NCBI GenBank assembly: GCA_016178135.1 | Contig: JACOTW010000002.1 | Coordinates: forward strand, 13,043-77,042 | Direction: 5' to 3' | Length of the DNA: 64,000 bases | From: Candidatus Saccharimonadota bacterium | GTDB taxonomy: Bacteria > Patescibacteriota > Saccharimonadia > Saccharimonadales > JACOTW01 | In this document: positions 55,464 through 63,892 of the stretch, one piece after another | Layout: every line of letters begins with the position of its first letter | Numbering within the stretch: the stretch's first letter is position 1 | Notes under the pieces: generated by a model | What the model was told of the DNA's origin: nothing | The model's input: the letters and a program-made list of their open reading frames with translations, nothing else | The model's database searches: none | Translations under genes and position numbers: made by a program

Positions 55464-56666
55464 ATGAAAAAAATCATTACACTGGACTTACGCAAAATCG
55501 CCCGTTCCCAGGCTAAATCAGCTCGAGTTGGGAGTGGTTTAGCTGAAGGAGAGGTAGCCATAGCTACATCGAGAGAAGACAGACTGCTACCAGCCGAGAT
55601 GAATTGGTCTGGGAATGGGGGAGCTTTGCGTAAGTCCAGTACACTCAAAAAAAACCAGTCTGGTCTAGTTTCTATAATAGTAACCTTGATAATCATGTTG
55701 GTTATGAGCTTAATTGTTATTGGCTTTGCTAAGCTGGTACGGCGTGATCAACGCCAAACGCTTGATAAGCAACTTAATGCCCAGGCGTTTTATGCTGCCG
55801 AAGCAGGCATTAATGACGCTAGGCAAGATATTAGGGTCGCCCTTAATGCTGGAACACCAATTCCAGAGAAATCTACCTGTGCCCCAAACAGTAGTCCGCC
55901 TTTTGATAAGTCAAATATAGTTGATAGCGCACGTAACATTTCTTATACCTGTCTTCTTGTCGATCCGACGCCTGAAAGTCTGGAATACAGCAATATTGAC
56001 ACCAGCACCTCGACAGTTGTGCCGGTAACACTTAAAGATACGACCGACCACATTACGTCAATAACTGTAAGCTGGCAAGCTAAAGATGGAAATACGAATT
56101 TTGCTTGTCCGGGTAGCGGTGTTTATCCGGCTCTGCCCGCGTCTTCTCTATGGGGATGTGGTATAGGTATTATGCGACTAGATCTTGTCCCGACTGATGG
56201 ACATAAGACAAGGGCTGATTATACGAATACGACTTTCAGTAGATTCCTGTATCCTTTACCGGGGTCGCCAGGAGTTAATTCTGTTGGATATGTAGGTAGT
56301 CAAGGTGATTTTGTGCCAGTACAGTGCAGTGCTACGGCTGTACCAAAATACTGTACGTTAACCATAACGGGTTTAAGCACCACCAATTTATATATCCGTC
56401 TGAAGTCAATATATATTGCTTCAAACGCTACGATTACTTGTACGACTGCCTCGGGTGCGGCATGTGAAATGGGCGGGACGCAGATATTGGTTGATTCTAC
56501 AGGGAAAGCCAATGACGTTTTACGTCGTATACAGGTGAGGGTTCCTGATGTAATATCAGGTATATTGCCGGAAGGAGCGCTTGATACCAGTAGCAATATC
56601 TGTAAACGTTACGTTATTGTTAATAACTCTTCTTTGAGCGATCCTGATTCATGCGGTACCAATTAA
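55464..56666 (+). CDS. PilX-like pilus-associated protein with a type B element in frame after codon 6
   Basis: MKKIIT + [LDLRK...LRKSS] + TLKKNQSGLVSIIVTLIIMLVMSLIVIGF. A basic leader followed by QSG and a hydrophobic helix is the PilX-type pseudopilin pattern. Confidence 0.65.
   Translation: MKKIITLDLRKIARSQAKSARVGSGLAEGEVAIATSREDRLLPAEMNWSGNGGALRKSSTLKKNQSGLVSIIVTLIIMLVMSLIVIGFAKLVRRDQRQTLDKQLNAQAFYAAEAGINDARQDIRVALNAGTPIPEKSTCAPNSSPPFDKSNIVDSARNISYTCLLVDPTPESLEYSNIDTSTSTVVPVTLKDTTDHITSITVSWQAKDGNTNFACPGSGVYPALPASSLWGCGIGIMRLDLVPTDGHKTRADYTNTTFSRFLYPLPGSPGVNSVGYVGSQGDFVPVQCSATAVPKYCTLTITGLSTTNLYIRLKSIYIASNATITCTTASGAACEMGGTQILVDSTGKANDVLRRIQVRVPDVISGILPEGALDTSSNICKRYVIVNNSSLSDPDSCGTN
55481..55641 (+). 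repeat. Type B palindromic element, copy 9 (in the PilX-like gene, in frame)
   Basis: Runs ACTGGACTTACGCAAAATCGCCCGTTCCCAGGCTAAATCAGCTCGAG...GGGGGAGCTTTGCGTAAGTCCAGTA. Confidence 0.9.
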
Positions 56667-56670
56667 TCTT

Positions 56671-56831
56671 TACTGGACTTACGCAAAATCCCTTGTTCCC
56701 AGGGTGAATCAGCTCGAGCGAAAACAGTTTTGTCTGAAGGAGAGGTACCCAGGAGGTACATCGAGAGAAGAAAAACTGTTTGTAGCCGAGGTTAGTCGGT
56801 CTGGGAACGAGGGATTTTGCGTAAGTCCAGT
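56671..56831 (+). repeat. Type B palindromic element, copy 10
   Basis: Runs TACTGGACTTACGCAAAATCCCTTGTTCCCAGGGTGAATCAGCTCGAGCG...GAGGGATTTTGCGTAAGTCCAGT. Confidence 0.9.
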
Positions 56832-56854
56832 TTAGGAATTAGTTTATAAGACTT

Positions 56855-59038
56855 CTAGGACTTACGTGAATGAAATTTCTCATGTATAGCTTTTAAGTGT
56901 GGATCGGTAACATGAGTGTATATTTGGGTTGTAGATATATTACTATGACCAAGCATTGCCTGAACTGACCTCAAATCTGCACCGTTCATTAATAAATCTG
57001 TTGCAAATGAATTATGTGAGACGAAGCCATCTGCAATTAAATTTTCGGTTTCTTCTACTGTGAAGTCGTATACAGTTATATCTGTTTTGATTCTATCGGT
57101 CTTATGAACTTTGAGCCATTTTATCTGGTTATTACTACTCGCTAGTCTACGGAGTAGGTTCATTCTGGGGTCTAATATACCAGCACGTTTGAATCGCACA
57201 TAAAAACGCATTGCTGTTTCTTTGGTCGGGAGGACTTGGCCGCTTAAGTATCTAGAGTGGTCCTTTAGTGTTCTTTGATCTTTACGGCGAGTATACAGAC
57301 TTTTACCGGATTCTTTGACTAGTTTGTTTAGGTTAACTAGCATTTCAGTAATTGGTAGTTTTTCACCTACAAAATCCGGACTGATGTTTATCTTTTTGAG
57401 CGTAGGAATTTTGGTGACAAATTTTTGCTGATCTGGCTGGTATAGTATCTGAAGATTGTAGATTGTGAAGGGTTGTTTGACCGTATCTGCAGATTTATGG
57501 GGTAAACGAACCATACGGTTACGTGTATAGAAATGGGCATCAATTCCAAGTCTAAGTAATAACATCTGGATGTCTTTTATAAATTCTTTGTTGGCGCTGA
57601 AGAATTTGGCGTCGCCCTCGTTGCCGTCTGCGTCGTAGAGACCGGCCAAGAAATGGGCAACGGCACTTTCTGATGACCTGAATAATTTGTCTGGTACACG
57701 TAGGCCATGGGTTGTGGTTGCGAGCCCTAGTTTCTTTAGTAGTTTTACAAGAGGCATATGGTAGCAAGTGACATTAAAACTGTTGGAATTAGATGCTGGC
57801 TTGATTTCGACTTTTTTGTTGAATAATTTTTCTATTAAGTCAACGTAGAGGCTCAAGAAAACTTTGTTTTTGTCGTGTAGTATTACGCCGTGCCGACGTT
57901 CGCTGACAGTTCCGTCACCACATATGTAGCCAATAAGTCGCCACATGTCGTTCGACAAATACTGTTTGCTTTGTTGGGATATTTTCTTGACCCCCATAAC
58001 GTAATCACCAGATTTTAGGTCACTTGCTTGGATTTGAGCAAATCCGTCTTTGTCTAGAGTAAATAAACGGTGTTCTGGGGTACACACAAGCTCGTAACCA
58101 CCGGCAGTTAGCTGAATCATTTCTGTAGATTTGTGGGTGCTTGAATGACTAATGGCTTGCGATGTCTGTGTACCTTTATTGAGATGGAGCGACTTTACGC
58201 TGTGTTTGGTTGAATTATAAAGATATTCTGCACTTACTATTCTACGGGGAAGGCTGATTCTAGTATTTGGGTGTAGACAATGGCGGAGCGTGTGGGGGGA
58301 TACGTGTTTGGTGATGCCAGCAAGGACTGCGTAGCGGGCGACTAATCTTTGTACGCTGCGGGCGGTAAGGCGGTAATAATTGCCGCTGACAGTTGATTTT
58401 TTGCTGCCGCTGTATCTGATAAATAGGGGTAGGGAATTGTCTTGGCGTTTGTCCATATATTGTGTAATCCACCAAGCCGATGTATCGCTAATGAATATTG
58501 GGCGGTCTTTTTGGCCTTTGCCCCGAACCATAAACTCGCGTCGTTTGAGATTGATATGATCCTTGTCTAGCCCTACAAGCTCCGAGACGCGCAGTCCCGA
58601 AGAAAATAATAGTTCTAAAATAGCCCGATCTCTTAGTCCTGGTAAGTTATCAATATTTGGTTGAGAAAATAATCGTTCAAGTTCCTCGGGTGCTAAAAAG
58701 GTAACTTGTTTTCTGACAGTTCGAGCCAGTTCAATCTTGTCAGCAGAGATAGCTGGGATATTGCGTTTGGCGCAATACTTCAAGAAGCCTCTTAGCGCTA
58801 TGAGGTGATAATTCTGGGTATTTTTTTGTAATTCATCACTTGTATTTGTGCCCAGTCGATTCAGCCACAATCTCCATTTCCGTATCATTTCCGTATCAAT
58901 ACCAGATATTTTAATATCACCGGTGAAATCTATTAAGCGCGTTAGGTAGTGGTCATAGTTACGGATAGTTTTTTGTGATCTATTTTGTTCGATTTCTAGG
59001 TATTCCAGGAAATCAGTTTTGGCTTTAGAAAATAACAT
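56855..59038 (-). CDS. XerC/XerD-family tyrosine recombinase interrupted by an intein
   Basis: The exteins total 304 aa. The N-terminal SAM-like domain reads [33 protein letters not shown]-type box I ([19 protein letters not shown]) and HVSPHTLRH are present. After the 423-aa insert come [34 protein letters not shown], which include the catalytic Tyr. Confidence 0.88.
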   Translation of the reverse strand: MLFSKAKTDFLEYLEIEQNRSQKTIRNYDHYLTRLIDFTGDIKISGIDTEMIRKWRLWLNRLGTNTSDELQKNTQNYHLIALRGFLKYCAKRNIPAISADKIELARTVRKQVTFLAPEELERLFSQPNIDNLPGLRDRAILELLFSSGLRVSELVGLDKDHINLKRREFMVRGKGQKDRPIFISDTSAWWITQYMDKRQDNSLPLFIRYSGSKKSTVSGNYYRLTARSVQRLVARYAVLAGITKHVSPHTLRHCLHPNTRISLPRRIVSAEYLYNSTKHSVKSLHLNKGTQTSQAISHSSTHKSTEMIQLTAGGYELVCTPEHRLFTLDKDGFAQIQASDLKSGDYVMGVKKISQQSKQYLSNDMWRLIGYICGDGTVSERRHGVILHDKNKVFLSLYVDLIEKLFNKKVEIKPASNSNSFNVTCYHMPLVKLLKKLGLATTTHGLRVPDKLFRSSESAVAHFLAGLYDADGNEGDAKFFSANKEFIKDIQMLLLRLGIDAHFYTRNRMVRLPHKSADTVKQPFTIYNLQILYQPDQQKFVTKIPTLKKINISPDFVGEKLPITEMLVNLNKLVKESGKSLYTRRKDQRTLKDHSRYLSGQVLPTKETAMRFYVRFKRAGILDPRMNLLRRLASSNNQIKWLKVHKTDRIKTDITVYDFTVEETENLIADGFVSHNSFATDLLMNGADLRSVQAMLGHSNISTTQIYTHVTDPHLKAIHEKFHSRKS
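57011..58279 (-). mobile_element. Class 1 intein with a LAGLIDADG homing endonuclease (423 aa) inside the recombinase
   Basis: It begins with Cys (CLHPNTRI, block A). Block B is TPEH, and the LAGLIDADG motifs are [11 protein letters not shown] and [11 protein letters not shown]. Blocks F/G are [21 protein letters not shown], followed by the +1 Ser. Codon checks: TGT at 58279-58277, AAT at 57013-57011, TCA at 57010-57008. Confidence 0.88.
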
Positions 59039-59122
59039 AACCTTATTGTACGATATATTTCCACTTGACCAGTATGTATGACCCTCCGGACCGTTCCATG
59101 CAACAGAGATAATAATCGTGTA

Positions 59123-59235
59123 TACTGGACCTGTCGCAAAATCGTCCGTTCCCAGGACGAATCAGCCCGAACGGAAACTGTTTGTAGTCGAGATTATTTA
59201 GTCCGGGATACAGGAGAGCTTTGCGTGAGTCCAGC
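59123..59235 (+). repeat. Type B palindromic element, copy 11 (short)
   Basis: Runs TACTGGACCTGTCGCAAAATCGTCCGTTCCCAGG...GAGAGCTTTGCGTGAGTCCAGCA. It lies in the divergent xer/ndk intergenic region. Confidence 0.8.
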
Positions 59236-59272
59236 ATAGATACATCAAAATTAACAATAAATAAGGACATCA

Positions 59273-59785
59273 ATGGAACGAACATTAATTATTCTAAAGC
59301 CTGATGCGGTAAAGCGCGGTATTGTCGGCGAAGTTTTAACTAGATTTGAACGTGTTGGTCTAAAAGTTGTGGGCTGTAAAATGCTCCAGCCGGACTACAA
59401 TCATTACCACCATCATTACGAAAAAATTGGCCAGATGATTACCAGGCGTGGCGAAGAAATATTTGAAGTAACTCTGGAAATGATGAAAGAAGGTCCGGTA
59501 ATAGCACTTGTTTTGGAAGGTATAGAGGCGGTTTCTTTGGTGCGTAAAATGGTGGGTGAGACTGAACCAAAATCAGCAGCTCCGGGTACGATCAGGGGTG
59601 ATTATTCTCATATTAGCTTTAATTATGCCGACAAGGAAAAAATTGCTATCCCAAATATTATTCATGCCTCTGGCGACCCTAAAGAAGCTAAACAGGAAAT
59701 AGGCCATTGGTTTAGTGACAGCGAGTTGTTTGAGTATAATACCACCCATGAGACTTACACTCAGGCTCACCCCCGCAAGCAATAG
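59273..59785 (+). CDS. ndk: nucleoside-diphosphate kinase
   Basis: MERTLIILKPDAVKRGIVGEVLTRFERVGLKVVGCKM is present, with the active-site region NIIHASG. Confidence 0.88.
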   Translation: MERTLIILKPDAVKRGIVGEVLTRFERVGLKVVGCKMLQPDYNHYHHHYEKIGQMITRRGEEIFEVTLEMMKEGPVIALVLEGIEAVSLVRKMVGETEPKSAAPGTIRGDYSHISFNYADKEKIAIPNIIHASGDPKEAKQEIGHWFSDSELFEYNTTHETYTQAHPRKQ

Positions 59786-59814
59786 AATAGAGCCAATGCC
59801 GGCTGGCTCACTAG

Positions 59815-59889
59815 GTCCCCGTAGTTCAATGGATAGAATAACTCCGTCCTAAGGAGCAGATCTGCGTTCGAGTCGCGGCGGGGATACCA
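59815..59889 (+). tRNA. tRNA-Arg (anticodon CCT)
   Basis: A manual cloverleaf fits: acceptor GTCCCCG/CGGGGAT, anticodon loop GTCCTAA, T-loop TTCGAGT, and an encoded CCA. 75 nt. Confidence 0.8.
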
Positions 59890-59926
59890 AATATTAAGTG
59901 CAATTAGTGTAAAATAGTTAATCAGG

Positions 59927-60460
59927 ATGTCAGATAAATACTTTGAAGATCAGATGGATGATGAAGAGGTTATGTTTGTGTTCCGCAAACATCCTATTGT
60001 TATGCGTAAGGGGTTGGTATTTGGTATGCTTGGGATTTTGCTCGGCACGTTACCTGGCTACATAAAGCCAGAATATAGCTATTTTTTTGGAGGTCTCGCC
60101 GCAGGTTTTATTCTTGGAGTTGTGGTCTTCTTTCCATCTTGGATGGCTTGGTATTTCAGTGTCTTTATAGTTACAGATCAGCGTTTTATTCAGATCACCC
60201 AAAAAGGATTATTTCACAGAAGCGTTGTAGATATAGGACTGAATCAAATACAAATGGTTAATTATGAGATAGCCGGTATGCAGGAAACTATGCTGGGATT
60301 TGGTACAATAATGATGCAAACATATTTGGGGGATCTTGTTATTCACGATGTTCATCATCCGGCTAAAATCCAGAAAAAACTACTTGGTATTCTACGCCAA
60401 GAAGGCATAATTGCTACCGCTATACCAGCCCAACAAAATCAGGTATCCAATGAATCTTGA
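59927..60460 (+). CDS. membrane protein with a bacterial PH (bPH_2/YdbT-like) domain
   Basis: DEEVMFVFRKHPIVMRKG is followed by two TM helices and then FIVTDQRFIQIT. Confidence 0.6.
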   Translation: MSDKYFEDQMDDEEVMFVFRKHPIVMRKGLVFGMLGILLGTLPGYIKPEYSYFFGGLAAGFILGVVVFFPSWMAWYFSVFIVTDQRFIQITQKGLFHRSVVDIGLNQIQMVNYEIAGMQETMLGFGTIMMQTYLGDLVIHDVHHPAKIQKKLLGILRQEGIIATAIPAQQNQVSNES

Positions 60461-60470
60461 ACTAATCAGG

Positions 60471-60565
60471 AGTTTCGCACTTTGCCATTTCCCCAGCTCA
60501 TACCTGAATGGCTACAAACTCCCACTCCTCCATCAATATAACTACTTTGGGATGGATTTGACGAA
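60471..60565 (+). repeat. Family C repeat, 3' of the PH-domain gene stop
   Basis: Runs GTTTCGCACTTTGCCATTTCCCCAGCTCATACCTGAATGGCTACAAACT...TTTGGGATGG. Confidence 0.7.
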
Positions 60566-60580
60566 TATGGGCTTAAAAAC

Positions 60581-61645
60581 ATGAAGCATAAACTAAGCCA
60601 TATTGTTCGACGAAAAAAAGTACAGTCGGCAGTTAAGTCTGACGCGTCTCAGCAAGAGTTAGCACCACGTATTACTAATGAAACGATAGCTACTCATCGC
60701 GAAGAAGTTATAGGTAGCGCTAGAAAATATATATACAGAGGGCGTCATACAAAGCATCAAATTGTAGTTATATCTACAACATTATTCATCACTACTTTGG
60801 TTTTGTTATTTAGTTATTGTACTCTTGCGCTTTATAGATTTCAGTCGTCGTCTGCTTTTCTGTATCATGTTACTCAAGTTTTTCCATTTCCAATCGCTCG
60901 TGCTGGATCGAACTTCGTGGCCTATGAAAATTATTTATTTGAGCTTAGGCACTACACGCATTACTATGAGGTTCAGCAGAAACTAGACTTTAACAATGAA
61001 TCGGGCAAGCAACAGCTTGCCGAATTTAGGAAACGTGCCCTGGATAAGGTTATTAATGACGCTTATGTAAAACAACTTGCCTCAAAATATAAAGTAAGTG
61101 TTAGCAACAAAGAGATTAATTATCAGATTGATATTGTACGAGATCAGAATAGGTTAGGTAGTAGCGATAAGGTTTTTGAAGACGTTTTGAAAGATTATTG
61201 GGGGTGGTCTGTAGACGATTTCAAGAGGAGCCTACGCCAACAACTTCTAGCTCAAAAAGTTGTAGCCGTGCTGGATACTACTACTCGAACAAAAGCCGAA
61301 ACAGCTCTAAATGAATTAAAATCAGGGGTAGATTTTGTGGCAGTCGCCAAGAAGTATTCCGACGATGAAGCGACCAAAGCTAATGGTGGTGATTTGGGCT
61401 TTTTGATAGATAAGACTAACCACGATTTACCGGCACAGACCACCGGTGCGCTGTTTAAATTACAACCCGGACAGTATTCAGATATAGTCAATATTGGCTA
61501 TGCGCTTGTGATTGTTAAAAATAATGAGTTTAGTGGCGATAAGGTTCGAGGTTCGCATATTTTGTTCACTTTCAAGGATATTAACTCCTACATCAACGAT
61601 CTCAAAGACAAACAAAAAGCCCGTACCTACATATCGGTCAATTAA
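60581..61645 (+). CDS. membrane-anchored PpiC-type peptidyl-prolyl isomerase (PrsA/SurA-like)
   Basis: An N-terminal TM segment is present. The parvulin domain reads FVAVAKKYSDDEATKANGGDLGFL...GYALVIVKN. Confidence 0.75.
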   Translation: MKHKLSHIVRRKKVQSAVKSDASQQELAPRITNETIATHREEVIGSARKYIYRGRHTKHQIVVISTTLFITTLVLLFSYCTLALYRFQSSSAFLYHVTQVFPFPIARAGSNFVAYENYLFELRHYTHYYEVQQKLDFNNESGKQQLAEFRKRALDKVINDAYVKQLASKYKVSVSNKEINYQIDIVRDQNRLGSSDKVFEDVLKDYWGWSVDDFKRSLRQQLLAQKVVAVLDTTTRTKAETALNELKSGVDFVAVAKKYSDDEATKANGGDLGFLIDKTNHDLPAQTTGALFKLQPGQYSDIVNIGYALVIVKNNEFSGDKVRGSHILFTFKDINSYINDLKDKQKARTYISVN

Positions 61646-61650
61646 TCACG

Positions 61651-61705
61651 CATTTCGCCCTTTGTCGTTGCCCCAGCTCACACCTGAACGACTACAAACT
61701 TCTAC
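61651..61705 (+). repeat. Family C repeat (partial), 3' of the PPIase stop
   Basis: CATTTCGCCCTTTGTCGTTGCCCCAGCTCACACCTGAACGACTACAAACT is followed by the 13-nt palindrome TACTGGACCAGTA. Confidence 0.65.
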
Positions 61706-61724
61706 TGGACCAGTAGTTCAGTAT

Positions 61725-61886
61725 AAACTCGACTTACGCAAAATCGTCCATTCTCAGACCAACTAACCTCGGCTGATAGCGGTCTGCCTTCTTTCGATGC
61801 AGCTAAGGCTACCTCTCCTTCAGTCAAACCACTATAAACTCGAGCTGATTTGCCCTGGGAACGGGCGATTTTGCATAAGTCCAGTG
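61725..61886 (-). repeat. Type B palindromic element, copy 12
   Basis: Runs AAACTCGACTTACGCAAAATCGTCCATTCTCAGACC...GGGCGATTTTGCATAAGTCCAGTG. Confidence 0.9.
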
Positions 61887-61959
61887 TAGACCCGGCGATT
61901 AACATTTTTGCCTTTGGCAAATCTGCATCGCCTATTCAAATCGCTGGAACCAACCAATG

Positions 61960-61990
61960 AAAACACCCCAGACCAGCTGGGGCATTTTCA
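61960..61990. terminator. Bidirectional-looking terminator hairpin
   Basis: CCCCAG-ACCAG-CTGGGG is flanked by an A-run upstream and CATTTTC downstream. It lies just 3' of the minus-strand ORF that ends at 62027. Confidence 0.55.
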
Positions 61991-62026
61991 TTGGCGGGGC
62001 CATAACCTTTGGGGTGTGGAACTATT

Positions 62027-62440
62027 TTATTGAGTCGGAGGAAGTGTTTCAGGATTTTTAGCCTTTGCTGCCAGCTCTGCCGCTTCGTTGACCACAGCTC
62101 CCGCCAATCTTGTATATCCTGTTTCAAATCTCTGATCAAGAGGCAGTAAACCCGCGTTTCGTACAGCAGTTAGCCCAAGCTCATAGTGTTCTTTATATTT
62201 ATTAGGGTCGCCTGGTAAGAGGTTTCCATCTGCATCATATTCGTGAGGTAGGGTCTCGGTTACCTTAAATGCGGCGCGAACACCACGAAAGTCCATTGAA
62301 TCAGTGTCAAGCCCACTGGGAGCAATATGCCGGTTGTGGTGGGGCTTACGCCATCTACGCGCACCATCTTCAAAAAACCTTCGAGCATCGTTAGGGTTAA
62401 TCACGTCAGGCATTTTCTGTTCTGATTCTGGGGAACTCAT
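62027..62440 (-). CDS. hypothetical protein
   Basis: The start is taken at MSSPESEQKMPDV (ATG complement at 62438-62440). No family recognised. The ORF is visibly more GC-rich than its neighbours. Confidence 0.4.
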   Translation of the reverse strand: MSSPESEQKMPDVINPNDARRFFEDGARRWRKPHHNRHIAPSGLDTDSMDFRGVRAAFKVTETLPHEYDADGNLLPGDPNKYKEHYELGLTAVRNAGLLPLDQRFETGYTRLAGAVVNEAAELAAKAKNPETLPPTQ

Positions 62441-62610
62441 ACAATCATTTTGACATAGATAGCATAGTTTGTCAATGCTCAGGGGGGTGGGCTCGACCGG
62501 TTTCGCCTTGATCGTAGCACAAAGTGCGCTGCTTAGTCGACTCCAACTTCCTTTGGTCGTTCTAAGGCAAGCTGTGGGGTACGCCACTGGCATATCCATT
62601 CGATTATACC

Positions 62611-62643
62611 AATAGAAAAAGTCCCAGACTTTGGCCTGGGACT
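62611..62643 (-). terminator. Rho-independent terminator downstream of tRNA-Asp (minus strand)
   Basis: On the minus strand, AGTCCCAG-GCCAAAGT-CTGGGACT is followed by TTTTTCTATT. Confidence 0.6.
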
Positions 62644-62650
62644 CTTTCTA

Positions 62651-62686
62651 TGGCGGGCTCGATCGGATTAGCGGACTTCGTCCTTT
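62651..62686 (-). other. Degenerate duplicate of the 3' end of tRNA-Asp
   Basis: TGGCGGGCTCGATCGGATTA matches TGGCGGGCTCGACCGGATTT (the tRNA-Asp 3' end at 62829) at 18 of 20 positions, with weaker similarity for about 15 nt more. The two copies are 178 bp apart as direct repeats. Confidence 0.6.
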
Positions 62687-62828
62687 TCCGCTCAACCATG
62701 CTCTAAGCAAGCTTTTGTGCGTGGTTTCGCTCCACGACCCGGCGCCCTACGGGCTATGCCGGTTCAACTCGCAAGTCAAAGACTTGCCCAAAGTAAAAGC
62801 CCAGCCCCGAAGGACTGGACTCTTACTT

Positions 62829-62904
62829 TGGCGGGCTCGACCGGATTTGAACCGGCGATCTCCTCCGTGACAGGGAGGCGTGATAACCACTTCACTACGA
62901 GCCC
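62829..62904 (-). tRNA. tRNA-Asp (anticodon GTC)
   Basis: The reverse complement is GGGCTCGTAGTGAAGTGGTTATCACGCCTCCCTGTCACGGAGGAGATCGCCGGTTCAAATCCGGTCGAGCCCGCCA. A cloverleaf fits, with anticodon loop CTGTCAC and an encoded CCA. Confidence 0.88.
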
Positions 62905-63008
62905 ATAAGTAGCGTTAGTTATAACCAGATGATATTATCAAGAACAGAGGTAAAACGCAACATATATGTATGATTATCTGGTATAATTTGTCGGAATGAA
63001 CAGGTTTT

Positions 63009-63085
63009 GCCACCTTAGCTCAGTTGGCTAGAGCACCACTTTCGTAAAGTGGGGGTCCGGGGTTCGAATCCCCGAGGTGGCTCCA
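63009..63085 (+). tRNA. tRNA-Thr (anticodon CGT)
   Basis: GCCACCTTAGCTCAGTTGGCTAGAGCACCACTTTCGTAAAGTGGGGGTCCGGGGTTCGAATCCCCGAGGTGGCTCCA has anticodon loop TTCGTAA and acceptor GCCACCT/AGGTGGC. Confidence 0.88.
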
Positions 63086-63117
63086 TTTTTGGCGTGAAGC
63101 TATGCAGGGCAGGGCAG

Positions 63118-63192
63118 GCGGGTGTCGTATAACGGCTAATATGTAACCTTCCCAAGGTTGAGACGAGGGTTCGACTCCCTCCACCCGCACCA
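63118..63192 (+). tRNA. tRNA-Gly (anticodon CCC)
   Basis: GCGGGTGTCGTATAACGGCTAATATGTAACCTTCCCAAGGTTGAGACGAGGGTTCGACTCCCTCCACCCGCACCA has anticodon loop TTCCCAA and acceptor GCGGGTG/CACCCGC. Confidence 0.85.
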
Positions 63193-63237
63193 TTGTGATC
63201 CCAGGATCCCAGGGGGTGCCCCTGGAATGAAATTTTG

Positions 63238-63262
63238 GTCATTTTGTTTTGCGGGGACTATA
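63238..63262. repeat. Solo right terminus shared by the type A and family C elements
   Basis: GGTCATTTTGTTTTGCGGGGACTATATA matches the right ends at 5668-5690 and 53112-53139. Confidence 0.6.
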
Positions 63263-63342
63263 TATGGCCACCTCCCTTTCAGAGAAAACTGTTTTCATTC
63301 TGAAGTAACCAAAAGCCTCCGGCAAAGTGCTAAATTCATGTA

Positions 63343-63506
63343 TACTGGACCTGTCGCAAAATCGCCCGTTCCCAGGCTAAATCAGCTCGAGTTGGGAGTG
63401 GTTTGGCTGAAGGAGAGGTAGCCGTAGCTACATCGAGAGAAGACAGACCGCTACCAGCCGAGATGAATTGGTCTGGGGATGGGGGAGCTTTGCGACAGGT
63501 CCAGTA
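63343..63506 (+). repeat. Type B palindromic element, copy 13
   Basis: Runs TACTGGACCTGTCGCAAAATCGCCCGTTCCCAGGCTAAATCAGCTCGAG...GGGGGAGCTTTGCGACAGGTCCAGTA. Confidence 0.9.
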
Positions 63507-63522
63507 TAATTGGAGTGATCTT

Positions 63523-63879
63523 ATGCCTATTGCTAAAAACTATTTTCACGATCGTCTAGTATTACTATTGCTTAGTGTCAATATATTCCTAACGCTTCTA
63601 GGTGCACTTTTGATTGTTCTTAGATTTAGTGGTAATAATAGTGAAAGCCACATTGTACAATATCGCTCCCACCTTGGACTTGATGCATTTACAAAGGGTG
63701 GATCTGCTCCAATTTTTAGTTTTATATTGTTTTCTGTCTTGATCATGGTATTTCATACTGTGCTTGGCATGCGGATTTATCATCTAAGACGGCAGTTTTC
63801 TGTTACCGTGCTTGGAACTGGCACGCTTTTGTTGATTATCGCAATCATAGTTAGTAATGCTCTCTTGGTATATCGTTAA
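63523..63879 (+). CDS. hypothetical polytopic membrane protein
   Basis: The ATG at 63523 follows a GGAG sequence just after the element. Three predicted TM helices are present. The track ORF start at 63403 lies inside the element. Confidence 0.5.
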   Translation: MPIAKNYFHDRLVLLLLSVNIFLTLLGALLIVLRFSGNNSESHIVQYRSHLGLDAFTKGGSAPIFSFILFSVLIMVFHTVLGMRIYHLRRQFSVTVLGTGTLLLIIAIIVSNALLVYR

Positions 63880-63892
63880 TCATGCCTAATCG

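Noticed and set aside
56855-59038. The tyrosine recombinase as the integrase of a prophage or genomic island.
   Set aside because: The extein sequence and length fit chromosomal XerC/XerD. The flanks are housekeeping genes (the pilus operon, ndk, a tRNA and a PPIase), and no phage or conjugation genes are present.
62651-62828. Possible tmRNA, SRP RNA or intron-containing tRNA downstream of tRNA-Asp.
   Set aside because: The 3' end is tRNA-Asp-like, but no intact T-arm (GGTTCGAnnCC) is present. There is no tag reading frame ending in a typical ...AA stop context. The segment is far shorter than a tmRNA and lacks an SRP helix-8 GNRA/AGCA motif. I treat it as a duplicated tRNA end with a spacer.
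63403-63522. N-terminal 40 codons of ORF 63403..63879.
   Set aside because: They are encoded entirely by type B copy 13. A Shine-Dalgarno-preceded ATG at 63523 directly after the element starts a coherent membrane protein.
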